A stretch of 64,000 bases of DNA from Patescibacteria group bacterium (GCA_041671365.1 JBAZBP010000004.1:5874-69873); one strand, 5' to 3'. Counted from the first letter of the stretch, positions 28,666 through 38,499 are shown. Notes: generated by a model from the sequence alone, not told the origin. Made by a program: numbers and translations.

Positions 28666-29782
28666 AAGTCCAAATACCCCCCAAGCCCAAGCAAATAGCG
28701 ACTAAACTTATCAGCCAGCCGACCAGGGGAATAGAAAATATTAACCAACAAATAGTTACTCCTAAAATTAATGACCAAAATAAAGACGATTTACCCTTTT
28801 TGTTTAGAATTTTAATAATAGTTTGGCCTACTAAAATAGCGGTTAATATTTTAGCCACATAAATCATGACTAGCCACCAAGCGGTAATTATTAAGGCCAA
28901 AGATAAACCAATCATGGTAAAAACTAAAATCAGGGCGAGCGGCGGGAGAACAAGCATTAAAATCAGTCCCGGCAGAAGTAATTTAACCGGAGATTCGGCC
29001 ATATTGGATAAAATTTTGGTGCTAATATTTTTTCCAATAAATATTAAGACTAAACCGACAACTAGTGCTGAAAAAATAGCAAAAATCTCTCCCCACAACC
29101 AGACTATCCACCAATCAATTTTATTTATTGGGGGATTGTTTTGCTGCACTTTACCGGCAATACTGGCCTTGCTGGAAATGTCGGCCAGATTTTTAGAAGT
29201 ATAAATCACATCACCGCTGATTACAGCTTCCGGAGCTATAACCAAAAGTTTTTGACTGCTTTCTTTGTTGGATAATTTTAAATTAATGCTTTTTCCGATT
29301 TTACCGGCAATAAGTATTTGTCCGGCCTGACCGCTTAAATCGCCATCAATAATACCTCGCGTTTCGATATTTTGACCGGCCAGATAAACATCCCAACCGA
29401 CATGAGAATTAGCGCCTAGGATGATGCTGGCGCCAAAAGCATTTACATTACGAATGACGGTGCCGTTGATGGTTAAATTATTTCCGGCAATACGAATATT
29501 CCCGCCTACCGAACCATTAACCGTAACATTTTGCGCCAGGACAATAACGTCCCCGCCTACCGAACCATTAACCGTAACATTTTGCGCCAGAGCAATTAGA
29601 TCACCGCTGATTGTTCCGTCGACGGTAACAGTTTGTCCGGCCGTATAAAGATTCCCACTGATAATTTGTTCTTTGGTAACATAAACAGAATCTCCGACTT
29701 GGGCATCGGCCGCTTTAACTGCCGCTAAGGGGAAGAAGAAAAGGAGAAAAAAAAGAAAAAAACCTAAAATTTTATTGTTCAT
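28637..29782 (-). CDS. Secreted beta-helix-repeat (bactofilin-like) domain fused to a multi-pass membrane domain
   Basis: 381-aa ORF with signal peptide (FFFPLAAVKA). Repeats are of the type GD.I.LAQNVTVNGSVGG.V, followed by about 5 TM helices. The last 29 nt overlap the start of the PMM/PGM gene. Confidence 0.65.
   Translation of the reverse strand: MNNKILGFFLFFLLFFFPLAAVKAADAQVGDSVYVTKEQIISGNLYTAGQTVTVDGTISGDLIALAQNVTVNGSVGGDVIVLAQNVTVNGSVGGNIRIAGNNLTINGTVIRNVNAFGASIILGANSHVGWDVYLAGQNIETRGIIDGDLSGQAGQILIAGKIGKSINLKLSNKESSQKLLVIAPEAVISGDVIYTSKNLADISSKASIAGKVQQNNPPINKIDWWIVWLWGEIFAIFSALVVGLVLIFIGKNISTKILSNMAESPVKLLLPGLILMLVLPPLALILVFTMIGLSLALIITAWWLVMIYVAKILTAILVGQTIIKILNKKGKSSLFWSLILGVTICWLIFSIPLVGWLISLVAICLGLGGIWTYATYQLKHL
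29501..29590. repeat. Perfect 39-bp direct duplication (period 51 bp) inside the beta-helix gene
   Basis: CCCGCCTACCGAACCATTAACCGTAACATTTTGCGCCAG occurs at 29501-29539 and again at 29552-29590. It encodes the duplicated LAQNVTVNGSVGG rung. Confidence 0.9.
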
Positions 29783-29862
29783 AATGATATTGTTTAATCA
29801 AAAAAAATGTTATATTGTTAGATAATGACAAAATTTTGATATTTTAATTATAGCCTAAATAT

Positions 29863-31479
29863 ATGAGGGAAGCAATAAAAGAATTATTGGAAAATTATGC
29901 CAAGAATATAAAAAATCGGGAGGATCTAGAAGAAGCGAAAAGGATTATTTGTAAAAAATATCGCCTGGCCACTGTTTTGAATTCGGATATTTTAAAAGAA
30001 TATAACTATTTATTATTATCTGGTTTTCCGTCGTTAGAGTTATTGGAAACTAGTTTGCGTAAACGGACGATTAGAACTTTGTCCGGTATTGCGCCGATAG
30101 CGGTTTTAACTAAACCATACACTTGTCCCGGTACCTGTGCTTATTGTCCGCATGAAAAAAATGTTCCCGCCAGTTATTTATCAAACGAACCGGCGGTGAT
30201 GCGAGCGATTCGTTGCGGCTATGATCCGTATAGACAAGTCGCTTGGCGTTTAAAATCTTTAGAAAATAATGGTCATCAGCCGACCAAAATCGAATTAATT
30301 GTGATTGGCGGGACCTGGAGCTATCTGCCCACCGGTTATCAATATTGGTATATTTTAAATTGTTTTCGGGCAGCGAATGATTATCCGAGGGTAAAAGATA
30401 AAATTTTTAAACGTCCGACAAAGGAAGAAAAATTTACGACCGATCTGCCGTCGCCGTATAAAAAAAATTTAAGTCTAGACTATTTAAGACGAGCGTTAAA
30501 AGCCGAACAAAAGAAAAATGAAACGGCTGAGTATCAGATTATTGGCCTAACCCTAGAAACCCGTCCGGATTATATTAATCGGGAGGAATTATTGAAAATG
30601 CGTGACCTGGGTTGTACGCGAGTAGAAATCGGCGTCCAAGTAGTTGATGATGAAATTTTAAAATTAAATCGACGCGGACATGGTGTTAAAGAAATAGCCG
30701 AAGCTACTAAACTGTTAAAAGAATATGGCTTTAAAGTAACTTACCATTTAATGCCGGCTTTGCCGGGGGCAACTCCTGCTAAGGATTTATTTTTATTTAA
30801 AAAATTATTTAATGATGCCAGATTTCAACCGGATCAGATTAAATTTTATCCCACTGTAGTTACAAAAGGGAGCTTGCTCTACCGTTGGTATCAGGCTGGA
30901 AAATATAAACCCTATTCCGATCGAGTTTTGCAAGAATTGATTGTAAAGTGCAAGGCGGCGGTTCCTCCTTACGTCCGGATTATGCGTCTGATTCGAGATA
31001 TTCCGGGCGAATCGATTATCGCCGGCAATAAGATTACCAACCTAAGGCAGATTATGAAAGACCGCGGCGTTAAATGTAATTGTATCCGTTGTCGCGAAGC
31101 TAAGCATGAAAAAATTGTTTATTATAAAATAAATTTGCTTAAATATTCCGCTTCCGAGGGAATAGAGTATTTTATTAGCGCCGATAGCTTAGACGGGAAA
31201 ACTTTATACGGATTTTGTCGTTTACGGCTCGATAAAAACAGCCCGATAGCGCCGGCGATTATCCGCGAATTGCATGTTTATGGTGAATTAGTTTCCATCG
31301 GAAAAAGTAAAAAAATACAACACAGTGGCCTAGGGACGGAATTATTGGTTTTTGCTGAAAAAATCGCTAAAGAGAATAAATGTGCTAATATTTCAATAAT
31401 TTCTGGAGTAGGCGTTAGGGGGTATTATAAGAAATTTGGGTATAAATTACTAAAAAGTTACATGGTTAAAAAATTGTAA
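29863..31479 (+). CDS. elp3: Elp3-type radical SAM / GNAT acetyltransferase (tRNA U34 cm5 modification family)
   Basis: 538-aa ORF with radical SAM cluster CPGTCAYCP, TIM-barrel region (RVEIGVQ) and C-terminal GNAT block IRELHVYGE...QHSGLGTELL...SGVGVRGYYKKFGY. Confidence 0.85.
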   Translation: MREAIKELLENYAKNIKNREDLEEAKRIICKKYRLATVLNSDILKEYNYLLLSGFPSLELLETSLRKRTIRTLSGIAPIAVLTKPYTCPGTCAYCPHEKNVPASYLSNEPAVMRAIRCGYDPYRQVAWRLKSLENNGHQPTKIELIVIGGTWSYLPTGYQYWYILNCFRAANDYPRVKDKIFKRPTKEEKFTTDLPSPYKKNLSLDYLRRALKAEQKKNETAEYQIIGLTLETRPDYINREELLKMRDLGCTRVEIGVQVVDDEILKLNRRGHGVKEIAEATKLLKEYGFKVTYHLMPALPGATPAKDLFLFKKLFNDARFQPDQIKFYPTVVTKGSLLYRWYQAGKYKPYSDRVLQELIVKCKAAVPPYVRIMRLIRDIPGESIIAGNKITNLRQIMKDRGVKCNCIRCREAKHEKIVYYKINLLKYSASEGIEYFISADSLDGKTLYGFCRLRLDKNSPIAPAIIRELHVYGELVSIGKSKKIQHSGLGTELLVFAEKIAKENKCANISIISGVGVRGYYKKFGYKLLKSYMVKKL

Positions 31480-31557
31480 TCTATATTTTTGACAAAAGAG
31501 GGTAGCTAATTTAAGATTAAAATGGTAGACTGGGCTGCGAGTATAAAGAGAAAAAAT

Positions 31558-32802
31558 ATGAAATACGATCACTTAAAACAACAAGATCCGACCGTTTGGG
31601 CAATAATTGAAAAAGAAGAAAAGAGACAAAGCGAAGAATTAGAGCTTATCGCTTCGGAAAATTATGTTTCCCCAGCGGTTTTAGAAGCGATGGCCACGGT
31701 TTTGACTAATAAATATAGCGAGGGTTATGCCGGGCATCGGTATTATGGCGGTAATTATAATATTGATGACATTGAAACTTTAGCGATTGAGCGCGCCAAA
31801 AAATTATTTGATGCCGAACATGTTAATGTCCAGCCGCTTTCCGGTTCCCCGGCCAATGCGGCGGTTTATATGGCCCTCCTTAATCCTGGCGATAAAGTTT
31901 TGGGTTTGAAGTTAGATCATGGTGGACATCTATCGCATGGCCATAAAGTTAATTTTTCCGGTCGTTTATATAATTTTATTCAATATGGCGTTGATGAAAA
32001 AACAGGAATTATTGATATGAACGAGGTCCGAGAGATCGCTTTAAGAGAGAGGCCAAAAATGATTGTTGCCGGTTTTTCTGCTTATTCCCGGGAAATTGAT
32101 TGGCAGAAATTTAAAGATATTGCCGATGAAATCGGGGCTTATACTTTTGCGGATATTGCTCATATTGCCGGCTTAATTGCCGGTAAACAGTTAAAAAATC
32201 CGGTACCGATTTTTGATGTTGTTTCGACCACGACTCATAAAACTTTGCGTGGACCGCGTGGAGCGATAATAATGTGTAAGGAAAAATATGCCAAACAAAT
32301 AAATAGCGCGGTTTTTCCGGGCATGCAGGGCGGACCGCATGATCATATTACGGCAGCTAAAGCCGTAGCTTTCGGCGAGGCGTTGAAACCGGAATTTGTA
32401 GAATATTCTAGACAGATTATAAAAAATGCTCAGGCAATGGCGCAAGAATTTATTGATTGTAATTATGAAATTATTTCCGGCGGAACGGATAATCATTTAA
32501 TGGTTATTAACCTAAGCAATAAAGGTTTAGCGGGAAAAGAAGCGGAAAAGATTTTAGAGAAAATTGGGATTTCAGTTTCTCGTTCCACCATACCTAATAA
32601 TCCAAATTCGCCAATGAATCCGTCGGGCATAAGAATTGGCACCCCGGCCGTTACGACACGAGGGATGAAAGAAGAAGAAATGAAATTAATCGTTAAATTT
32701 ATTGATCAAGCTTTTAAAAGTAAAGACAATGAAATAGAATTAAATAATTTGAAGAGAAAGATTAAAGAACTGTGCGAAAAATTTGAAATTCCCACTAAAT
32801 AA
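31558..32802 (+). CDS. glyA: Serine hydroxymethyltransferase
   Basis: Track ORF 31522..32802; ATG at 31558 (MKYDHLKQQDP) matches the usual GlyA N-terminus. PLP-lysine region is TTTHKTLRGPRG. Confidence 0.93.
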   Translation: MKYDHLKQQDPTVWAIIEKEEKRQSEELELIASENYVSPAVLEAMATVLTNKYSEGYAGHRYYGGNYNIDDIETLAIERAKKLFDAEHVNVQPLSGSPANAAVYMALLNPGDKVLGLKLDHGGHLSHGHKVNFSGRLYNFIQYGVDEKTGIIDMNEVREIALRERPKMIVAGFSAYSREIDWQKFKDIADEIGAYTFADIAHIAGLIAGKQLKNPVPIFDVVSTTTHKTLRGPRGAIIMCKEKYAKQINSAVFPGMQGGPHDHITAAKAVAFGEALKPEFVEYSRQIIKNAQAMAQEFIDCNYEIISGGTDNHLMVINLSNKGLAGKEAEKILEKIGISVSRSTIPNNPNSPMNPSGIRIGTPAVTTRGMKEEEMKLIVKFIDQAFKSKDNEIELNNLKRKIKELCEKFEIPTK

Positions 32803-32818
32803 ATTTTGGTCAAATAAT

Positions 32819-33613
32819 ATGGTGCAAAAAATAGACGGTCGCGCGATTGCTGAGCGGATAAAAGGTAAAATCGCCAAAGAAATTTTTAGGCTCGATGGAC
32901 CAAGACCAAACTTGGCCATTATTTTAGTTGGGGAACGCGCGGACTCTCAACTGTATGTGAATTTAAAAGAAAAGGAGGGAAAAAAAATTGGGGTGGACAC
33001 TCATTTATATCGATTGGACGGCGACGTGTCGGAAGATAAACTATTGGAAGTTATTAATTTTTTAAATCAAGATGAAATAATTGACGGTATTTTGGTTCAG
33101 TTGCCGTTACCGGATAAATTTAATACAGATAAAATAATTTTAGCGCTTGATCCGGAGAAAGACGTCGACGGATTTCACCCCAACCATCCGGAATATTTAT
33201 TGTCGCCGGTTTTGGCTTCAATTTTAGCTTGTCTGGCAGAAATAAATTTTATGCCTAATGGGAAAGCCGCCTGTGTTTTATATAATTCCGATATTTTTGG
33301 ATTAAGTGTAAAAAAGGTTTTGGAAGATCAGGGAATGATAGTTAGCCTAAGAGATAACCCGGAAGGCGCCGATTTACTGGTTAGCGCTCTAGGGGAGCCG
33401 CATAAAATTAAAAAAGAAATGATCAAGAAAGACGCGGTCATTATTGATATTGGAATCACCGCCGTTGAGGGCAAGGTTCAGGGCGATGTTGATTATGAAG
33501 ATGTTCAAGAAAAGGCGGCCCTTTTGACTCCGGTTCCAGGAGGAATCGGACCGATGACCATTGCTTTTTTATTTAAAAATACCTGGGAAATTTTTAAACG
33601 ACGGAAAAAATAA
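32819..33613 (+). CDS. folD: Bifunctional methylenetetrahydrofolate dehydrogenase/cyclohydrolase
   Basis: Track ORF 32783..33613; ATG at 32819 (MVQKIDGRAIA) is the usual FolD start. Motifs: GILVQLPLP, PVPGGIGPMT. Confidence 0.92.
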   Translation: MVQKIDGRAIAERIKGKIAKEIFRLDGPRPNLAIILVGERADSQLYVNLKEKEGKKIGVDTHLYRLDGDVSEDKLLEVINFLNQDEIIDGILVQLPLPDKFNTDKIILALDPEKDVDGFHPNHPEYLLSPVLASILACLAEINFMPNGKAACVLYNSDIFGLSVKKVLEDQGMIVSLRDNPEGADLLVSALGEPHKIKKEMIKKDAVIIDIGITAVEGKVQGDVDYEDVQEKAALLTPVPGGIGPMTIAFLFKNTWEIFKRRKK

Positions 33614-33626
33614 AAAAACGAAAGAC

Positions 33627-35408
33627 ATGTTCCAAAAAAGAAAACAACAATTGCGTGAACTGCTAAAGATTCATTTTGGTTATGAGTCTTTTTTGCCTGG
33701 ACAAGAAGCGGCGATTGATAATATTTTAATCGGTCGAGATACGATTGTGGTTTTGCCGACCGGCGGCGGAAAATCTTTGATTTTTCAATTACCGGCTTTG
33801 ATTTTAGAAGGAATTACTATTGTCATTTCGCCACTCATTGCTTTAATGAAAGATCAAGTTGATTCTCTGGAGCGCGTGGGTATTCCCGCCACTTTTATCA
33901 ATTCATCTATTTCGCCACAGGAAACAGATAAGCGTTTAGAGCAGCTTAAGCAGCGTGTTTATAAAATCGTTTATATCGCCCCGGAACGTTTTTATAATCA
34001 TAATTTTTTAAGCCAGTTAAAACAGATAAAAGTTTCTTTATTTGCTATTGACGAAGCGCATTGTGTCAGTCAGTGGGGACATGATTTTCGACCTAGTTAT
34101 TTGCGTTTAAAAGAGGCTATTAAATTTGTGGGTTCACCGGTTGTAGTGGCATTAACGGCCACGGCGACGCCGGAAGCGCGCGATGATATTATAAAACAAT
34201 TAAATTTAAAAGATCCGGAGTTGGTGGTCAGTGGATTTGCCCGGCCGAATTTACAATTTGCGGTTGTTCCGACCGCCAATGGTCAGAAAATTGAGAATAT
34301 TCTTAATCTTTTTACGACTAATTCGGACATGGGATCCGGTATTATTTATGTCGGGACACGCGCCAAAGCCGATGAAATTTTAGAAGCGTTAACAGATAAT
34401 AATATTAAAGCGGTAGCTTATCATGCCGGGATGGACGCTAATAGCCGCGATTGGGTTCAAGAACAATTTATGAAAGGAAAAGCTCAGGTAGTCGTGGCGA
34501 CCAATGCTTTTGGGTTAGGAATTAATAAACGGGACATTCGTTTTGTGATTCATCACGATTTACCGGGAACAATCGAGGCTTATTATCAGGAGGCGGGACG
34601 AGCCGGTCGCGACGGTCAGCCTAGTTTTTGTCTGTTATTTTATCATCAGCAGGATCGTTATCTGCGGGAATTTTTTATTAAAGGGGATAACCCTGATCCG
34701 CAAATAATTCTAGAAATTTATGAATTTTTATTGCGGCGGGCGGAGCTGGAAATTGATCCGCAGGTTTCAATTTTAATTACCTATGCGGAAATCGCTCAAA
34801 ATTTATCCGAGACAACTCCGGAGATGGCCATCGGAACCGCTTTAAAAATTTTGGAAAAAGAAGGTTATATTACGCGGCCGAACGAAAAAAATTCTAATTC
34901 TTATTTAAAAATAAAAGCCAGTTGGGCGGAAATTGTCGCTTCGCTAGGTAAGCGTGCCAAGAGTCAACTGGAAATCATCGGCAAACTAGAAGAAAAATAT
35001 AAACAAAAATTAATTGACGGCTGGGATTTTAGTCCGGAAGAGGTAGCCGTGGTCTTGCAGGTTAAAAAAGATTCATTACTCAGAACGGTTAAGAAGTTAG
35101 CGGAGAAAGACTTGGTCGAATATCGACCGCCTTGGCGCGGAACCGAGATTAAAATTTTAAAAATAGTCCGCTCGGAAGATTTAAATTTAGACTTTAATGC
35201 CTTAAAAGCGAAAGCCGCTAGGGCCTATGAAAAATTGGACGAGATGGAAAATTATGTTTATCATTTAGGCTGCCGACAAGAATATATTTTAAAATATTTT
35301 GGCGATTTGCAAGCTAAGCCTTGCGAAAAGTGCGATAGTTGTTTGCGCTTACGTCGCGTTAAAGATCGTGGCGGGGACGACTACACTCATAAAGAGTATT
35401 TAGGATAA
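33627..35408 (+). CDS. recQ: ATP-dependent DNA helicase RecQ
   Basis: Track ORF 33561..35408; ATG at 33627 gives LLKIHFGYESF. Motifs: TGGGKS, DEAHCVSQWGHDFR, QEAGRAGRDG, and a C-terminal Cys cluster. Confidence 0.92.
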   Translation: MFQKRKQQLRELLKIHFGYESFLPGQEAAIDNILIGRDTIVVLPTGGGKSLIFQLPALILEGITIVISPLIALMKDQVDSLERVGIPATFINSSISPQETDKRLEQLKQRVYKIVYIAPERFYNHNFLSQLKQIKVSLFAIDEAHCVSQWGHDFRPSYLRLKEAIKFVGSPVVVALTATATPEARDDIIKQLNLKDPELVVSGFARPNLQFAVVPTANGQKIENILNLFTTNSDMGSGIIYVGTRAKADEILEALTDNNIKAVAYHAGMDANSRDWVQEQFMKGKAQVVVATNAFGLGINKRDIRFVIHHDLPGTIEAYYQEAGRAGRDGQPSFCLLFYHQQDRYLREFFIKGDNPDPQIILEIYEFLLRRAELEIDPQVSILITYAEIAQNLSETTPEMAIGTALKILEKEGYITRPNEKNSNSYLKIKASWAEIVASLGKRAKSQLEIIGKLEEKYKQKLIDGWDFSPEEVAVVLQVKKDSLLRTVKKLAEKDLVEYRPPWRGTEIKILKIVRSEDLNLDFNALKAKAARAYEKLDEMENYVYHLGCRQEYILKYFGDLQAKPCEKCDSCLRLRRVKDRGGDDYTHKEYLG

Positions 35409-35412
35409 ATCA

Positions 35413-36135
35413 TTGCCAATTTATAAATCTATGAAAAACGAAGTGGCTGAAAATTTATTAAATTTAGTTAAGCGTAATTATAAGGAAATTGCGGCCGAGT
35501 TTGATGCGACTCGAAAAAAAGAAATTTGGCCGGAGATTAAAAATTTAGTGGCCGACATTAGGGACGGTGATAAAATTTTGGATGTTGGTTGCGGCAATGG
35601 GCGCTTGCTGGAAACGCTAAAGGATAAAAATATTAGTTATCTGGGGGTAGACAATAGCGAAGAGTTAATAAAAATTGCTCGTCAAAACTATCCGGATTAT
35701 AAGTTTTTGGTTGGCGATATCTTAAGTCTTCAGACAATCACTAAAGATAGTTTTGATTATATTTTTTGTGTGGCGGTTTTACCCCACATTCCCAGCAAGA
35801 AATTACAGATCCAAGCCCTAGAGGAATTAAGAGGCCGATTGAATTTGGGCGGTGTAATTATTTTGAGCGTTTGGAATTTATGGAATCGGGCGGTTGGCAA
35901 AGAAAAATATCGGCGTTTAATTTTTAAGAACGGCCTGCTAAAACTTAGCGGTCGGAATAAATTAGATCTTGGTGATCTGGTTTTTCCCTGGAAAAATGCG
36001 GCCGGCGTGGCCGTCAGTGATCGTTATTACCACGCCTTTACCAAGTTAGAATTAAAAGATTTAGCGAAGAAAACTGGGCTGAGTGTAAAAAAAATAAAAA
36101 AAGATAAATTTAACTATTGGCTTATTTTGCAGTAA
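35413..36135 (+). CDS. Class I SAM-dependent methyltransferase
   Basis: 240-aa ORF (TTG at 35413, or ATG at 35431) with motif I ILDVGCGNGR. Confidence 0.7.
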   Translation: MPIYKSMKNEVAENLLNLVKRNYKEIAAEFDATRKKEIWPEIKNLVADIRDGDKILDVGCGNGRLLETLKDKNISYLGVDNSEELIKIARQNYPDYKFLVGDILSLQTITKDSFDYIFCVAVLPHIPSKKLQIQALEELRGRLNLGGVIILSVWNLWNRAVGKEKYRRLIFKNGLLKLSGRNKLDLGDLVFPWKNAAGVAVSDRYYHAFTKLELKDLAKKTGLSVKKIKKDKFNYWLILQ

Positions 36136-36217
36136 GAAGAAGCTGTTTTAACATTGCCTTGGCACCCCTTAAAGATGTATTATTAATTAATAATTAAAAT
36201 AATTAAAAAATAAATTT

Positions 36218-36547
36218 ATGTCTAATGTTTTAGAACTTACTAAGTCTAATTTTTCAGACCAAGTATTAAATAGTGATTTACCGGTTTTGGTAGATTTTTG
36301 GGCACCCTGGTGCATGCCTTGCAAGATGATGGCCCCAATTTTGGATGAGTTGTCGATTGATTTAATCGATAAACTTAAAGTTGCTAAGGTTAATACCGAA
36401 GATGTTAATAATCAAGAGCTAGCTATCCAATATCAGATTCAGAGTATACCTAATATGAAACTTTTTAAAGGCGGAAAAATAGTAGCCGAATTTATTGGTT
36501 TAAGAAATAAGGAAACGCTAAAAGGAGAGTTGGCCGCATTTTTATAA
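36218..36547 (+). CDS. trxA: Thioredoxin
   Basis: 109-aa ORF with active site WAPWCMPCK. Confidence 0.9.
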   Translation: MSNVLELTKSNFSDQVLNSDLPVLVDFWAPWCMPCKMMAPILDELSIDLIDKLKVAKVNTEDVNNQELAIQYQIQSIPNMKLFKGGKIVAEFIGLRNKETLKGELAAFL

Positions 36548-36568
36548 AGAATAATTGATTATTGTGTC

Positions 36569-36602
36569 AAAAAAGACGAACCGTCTGGTTCGTCTTTTTT
36601 GT
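36569..36602. terminator. Bidirectional terminator between trxA and the convergent gene
   Basis: 12-bp stem AAAAGACGAACC / GGTTCGTCTTTT with A- and T-runs on either side. Confidence 0.75.
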
Positions 36603-36618
36603 TTTGTTTCTGTAAAAT

Positions 36619-37635
36619 TTATTGTCCACAATCGGCGGCGTTAGTGCCGGCGGCTTGAGTACCGGAGCCGAAACCGGGAGCAGGAGAGGCGCTAGATAGT
36701 GCTGTTTGACATTCTTTCGGCTGAGTGCTGAAAGCGCTGCAGATTGTTTTTAAGAGTGAAGCAGAGTCGCGGTTACTGTCAATTTGTTCGCCGTTAATAA
36801 TTAAAGTAGGTGAACCGGCAACATTATATTTTTGATTATCGGCCTGGTCAATAGGGAAGCTAGGATAAGTACCCTGGTAATTAACGTTATTGGTGGCATT
36901 TTCCGTAACTTTGTATTGTTGATCGGTCGCGCTAACGCAGCTGCTCAGTTGAGCTTTGTTAATACCAGCGGTAGTCAGACAACCGGTCGAATCGCTGGCT
37001 TCCAGAAAACAACTTAAATATTTTTCTAGTTTTTGCGATTCATTTTTTCGGATACAGTACTGAGTTAAATTCTCTGTTAATTCTTTTTGACCATGCATGG
37101 CGTAGTTAACAAATTTTAATTGAAAATTGATTTTATTGCCTAAAGCCGATATGACCGGTAAAATGCCTTTTTCGATTTGCGTGCCATAAGGACAATAACT
37201 CATAACAAATAATTCCACGCTGGGCTTGGCGTTCTTACCGGTTACGGTAGCCGACGGAGTTGCTGCTGCCGCACTGCTCGGAGTTGAAGAGGCACTATTA
37301 CTGACTTGATCGATGTTTAAAGCTTGCGGAAAAAATAATTTTCCGTCTTTAGTCAGATAAGAGTCTACGGCACTAGTGACAATATCAATCTTTAACTTAT
37401 ATAGACCATATTCCGTAGTAATGTCTTTTACTGTCGCCTTATTGCCATTTTGCATCAAAAATTTATTAATAAAAGTTTCAGCCTGGGTTTTAGCTTGATC
37501 CGGAGTAAGGTCGACGATCGCCGGTTTTTTAAAGGAAAAAAACCCGATGATGGCCAGAATAATAACTAAAATAACGGGGAGAGTAATTCGCGTGAACCGC
37601 TCACGACTAAATAGATTGTCTATAATTTTTTTCAT
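36619..37635 (-). CDS. Membrane-anchored thioredoxin-fold protein, GILT/DsbA-like, monothiol variant
   Basis: 338-aa ORF with an N-terminal TM helix and an Ala/Ser/Thr linker. The C-terminal domain has SYCPYG where a CxxC is expected, and AMHGQKELTENLTQYC resembles the GILT signature. Confidence 0.5.
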   Translation of the reverse strand: MKKIIDNLFSRERFTRITLPVILVIILAIIGFFSFKKPAIVDLTPDQAKTQAETFINKFLMQNGNKATVKDITTEYGLYKLKIDIVTSAVDSYLTKDGKLFFPQALNIDQVSNSASSTPSSAAAATPSATVTGKNAKPSVELFVMSYCPYGTQIEKGILPVISALGNKINFQLKFVNYAMHGQKELTENLTQYCIRKNESQKLEKYLSCFLEASDSTGCLTTAGINKAQLSSCVSATDQQYKVTENATNNVNYQGTYPSFPIDQADNQKYNVAGSPTLIINGEQIDSNRDSASLLKTICSAFSTQPKECQTALSSASPAPGFGSGTQAAGTNAADCGQ

Positions 37636-37722
37636 AGTTTTTATAATTATAATTTTATTAAATTTATATTATTCTTGTATTATAGTTAAAATCAGGAGGG
37701 ACGTCAAAGTTAGCGATAAAAA

Positions 37723-38496
37723 TTAATGTCGAGGGAGAGCGACTGATAATTCATTTGGTAAATCTATTATAAAACTTTGAGTTTTTTCCTGCAAGTCTTG
37801 GAAACTTAAGCTGGTAGCGACCAAAAAAACTCGGCCGAGATTAAGTTTTTCGTTTTTGGTTTTAGTTTTTTTGGTACAATATAGATTATCGCCGACGAGC
37901 GGATAGCCATAAGCGAAAAAATGAACCCGAATTTGATGAGTGCGTCCGGTTTTGATAATTATTTTTAAGAGGGTATAGTTAATGAATCTTTTTAAAACAT
38001 TAAACTCGGTTAAAGCGGTGCGAGATTTGAACCAACCGGTAATATTTCCCTGGTCTCGTCCTTGTGGGTGGCGGCGACGAAGTAATTTTGTGGTATTGGC
38101 GGGCAGAGCGGCCATGCGATATCCGTCTTTAGATCGAGTAATAGGGAAATCGATTGTTCCGTCATCCTTCATTAGGCGGCCATGTACCAGGGCAGTATAT
38201 TCTTTAACAACCTCTCTGTTTTTAAATTGATTTTTTAAACTGGAAAAACTTTTATTATTTTTAGCCACAACCATTAAACCGCTGACATCTTTATCAAGAC
38301 GATGGACGAGTCCGGGACGGGACGGGTCGTCGCCGACAGTTTTTATTTTTGGGTAATTAACTATTAACCAATCAACTAGGGTTGGTTCTTGGAGATTACC
38401 TCCGCCATGGGCCGCTAGACCGGCCGGTTTGTTTATTACCAAGTAATCGGCAGTATCGGCAATTATTTGAGGAGTAAGTGAAGGAATATTTTTCAT
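37723..38496 (-). CDS. RluA/RluD-family pseudouridine synthase
   Basis: 257-aa ORF with catalytic-Asp motif VHRLDKDVSGLMVVAK and a GRTHQIRVH block. No S4 domain. Confidence 0.85.
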   Translation of the reverse strand: MKNIPSLTPQIIADTADYLVINKPAGLAAHGGGNLQEPTLVDWLIVNYPKIKTVGDDPSRPGLVHRLDKDVSGLMVVAKNNKSFSSLKNQFKNREVVKEYTALVHGRLMKDDGTIDFPITRSKDGYRMAALPANTTKLLRRRHPQGRDQGNITGWFKSRTALTEFNVLKRFINYTLLKIIIKTGRTHQIRVHFFAYGYPLVGDNLYCTKKTKTKNEKLNLGRVFLVATSLSFQDLQEKTQSFIIDLPNELSVALPRH

Positions 38497-38499
38497 ATT

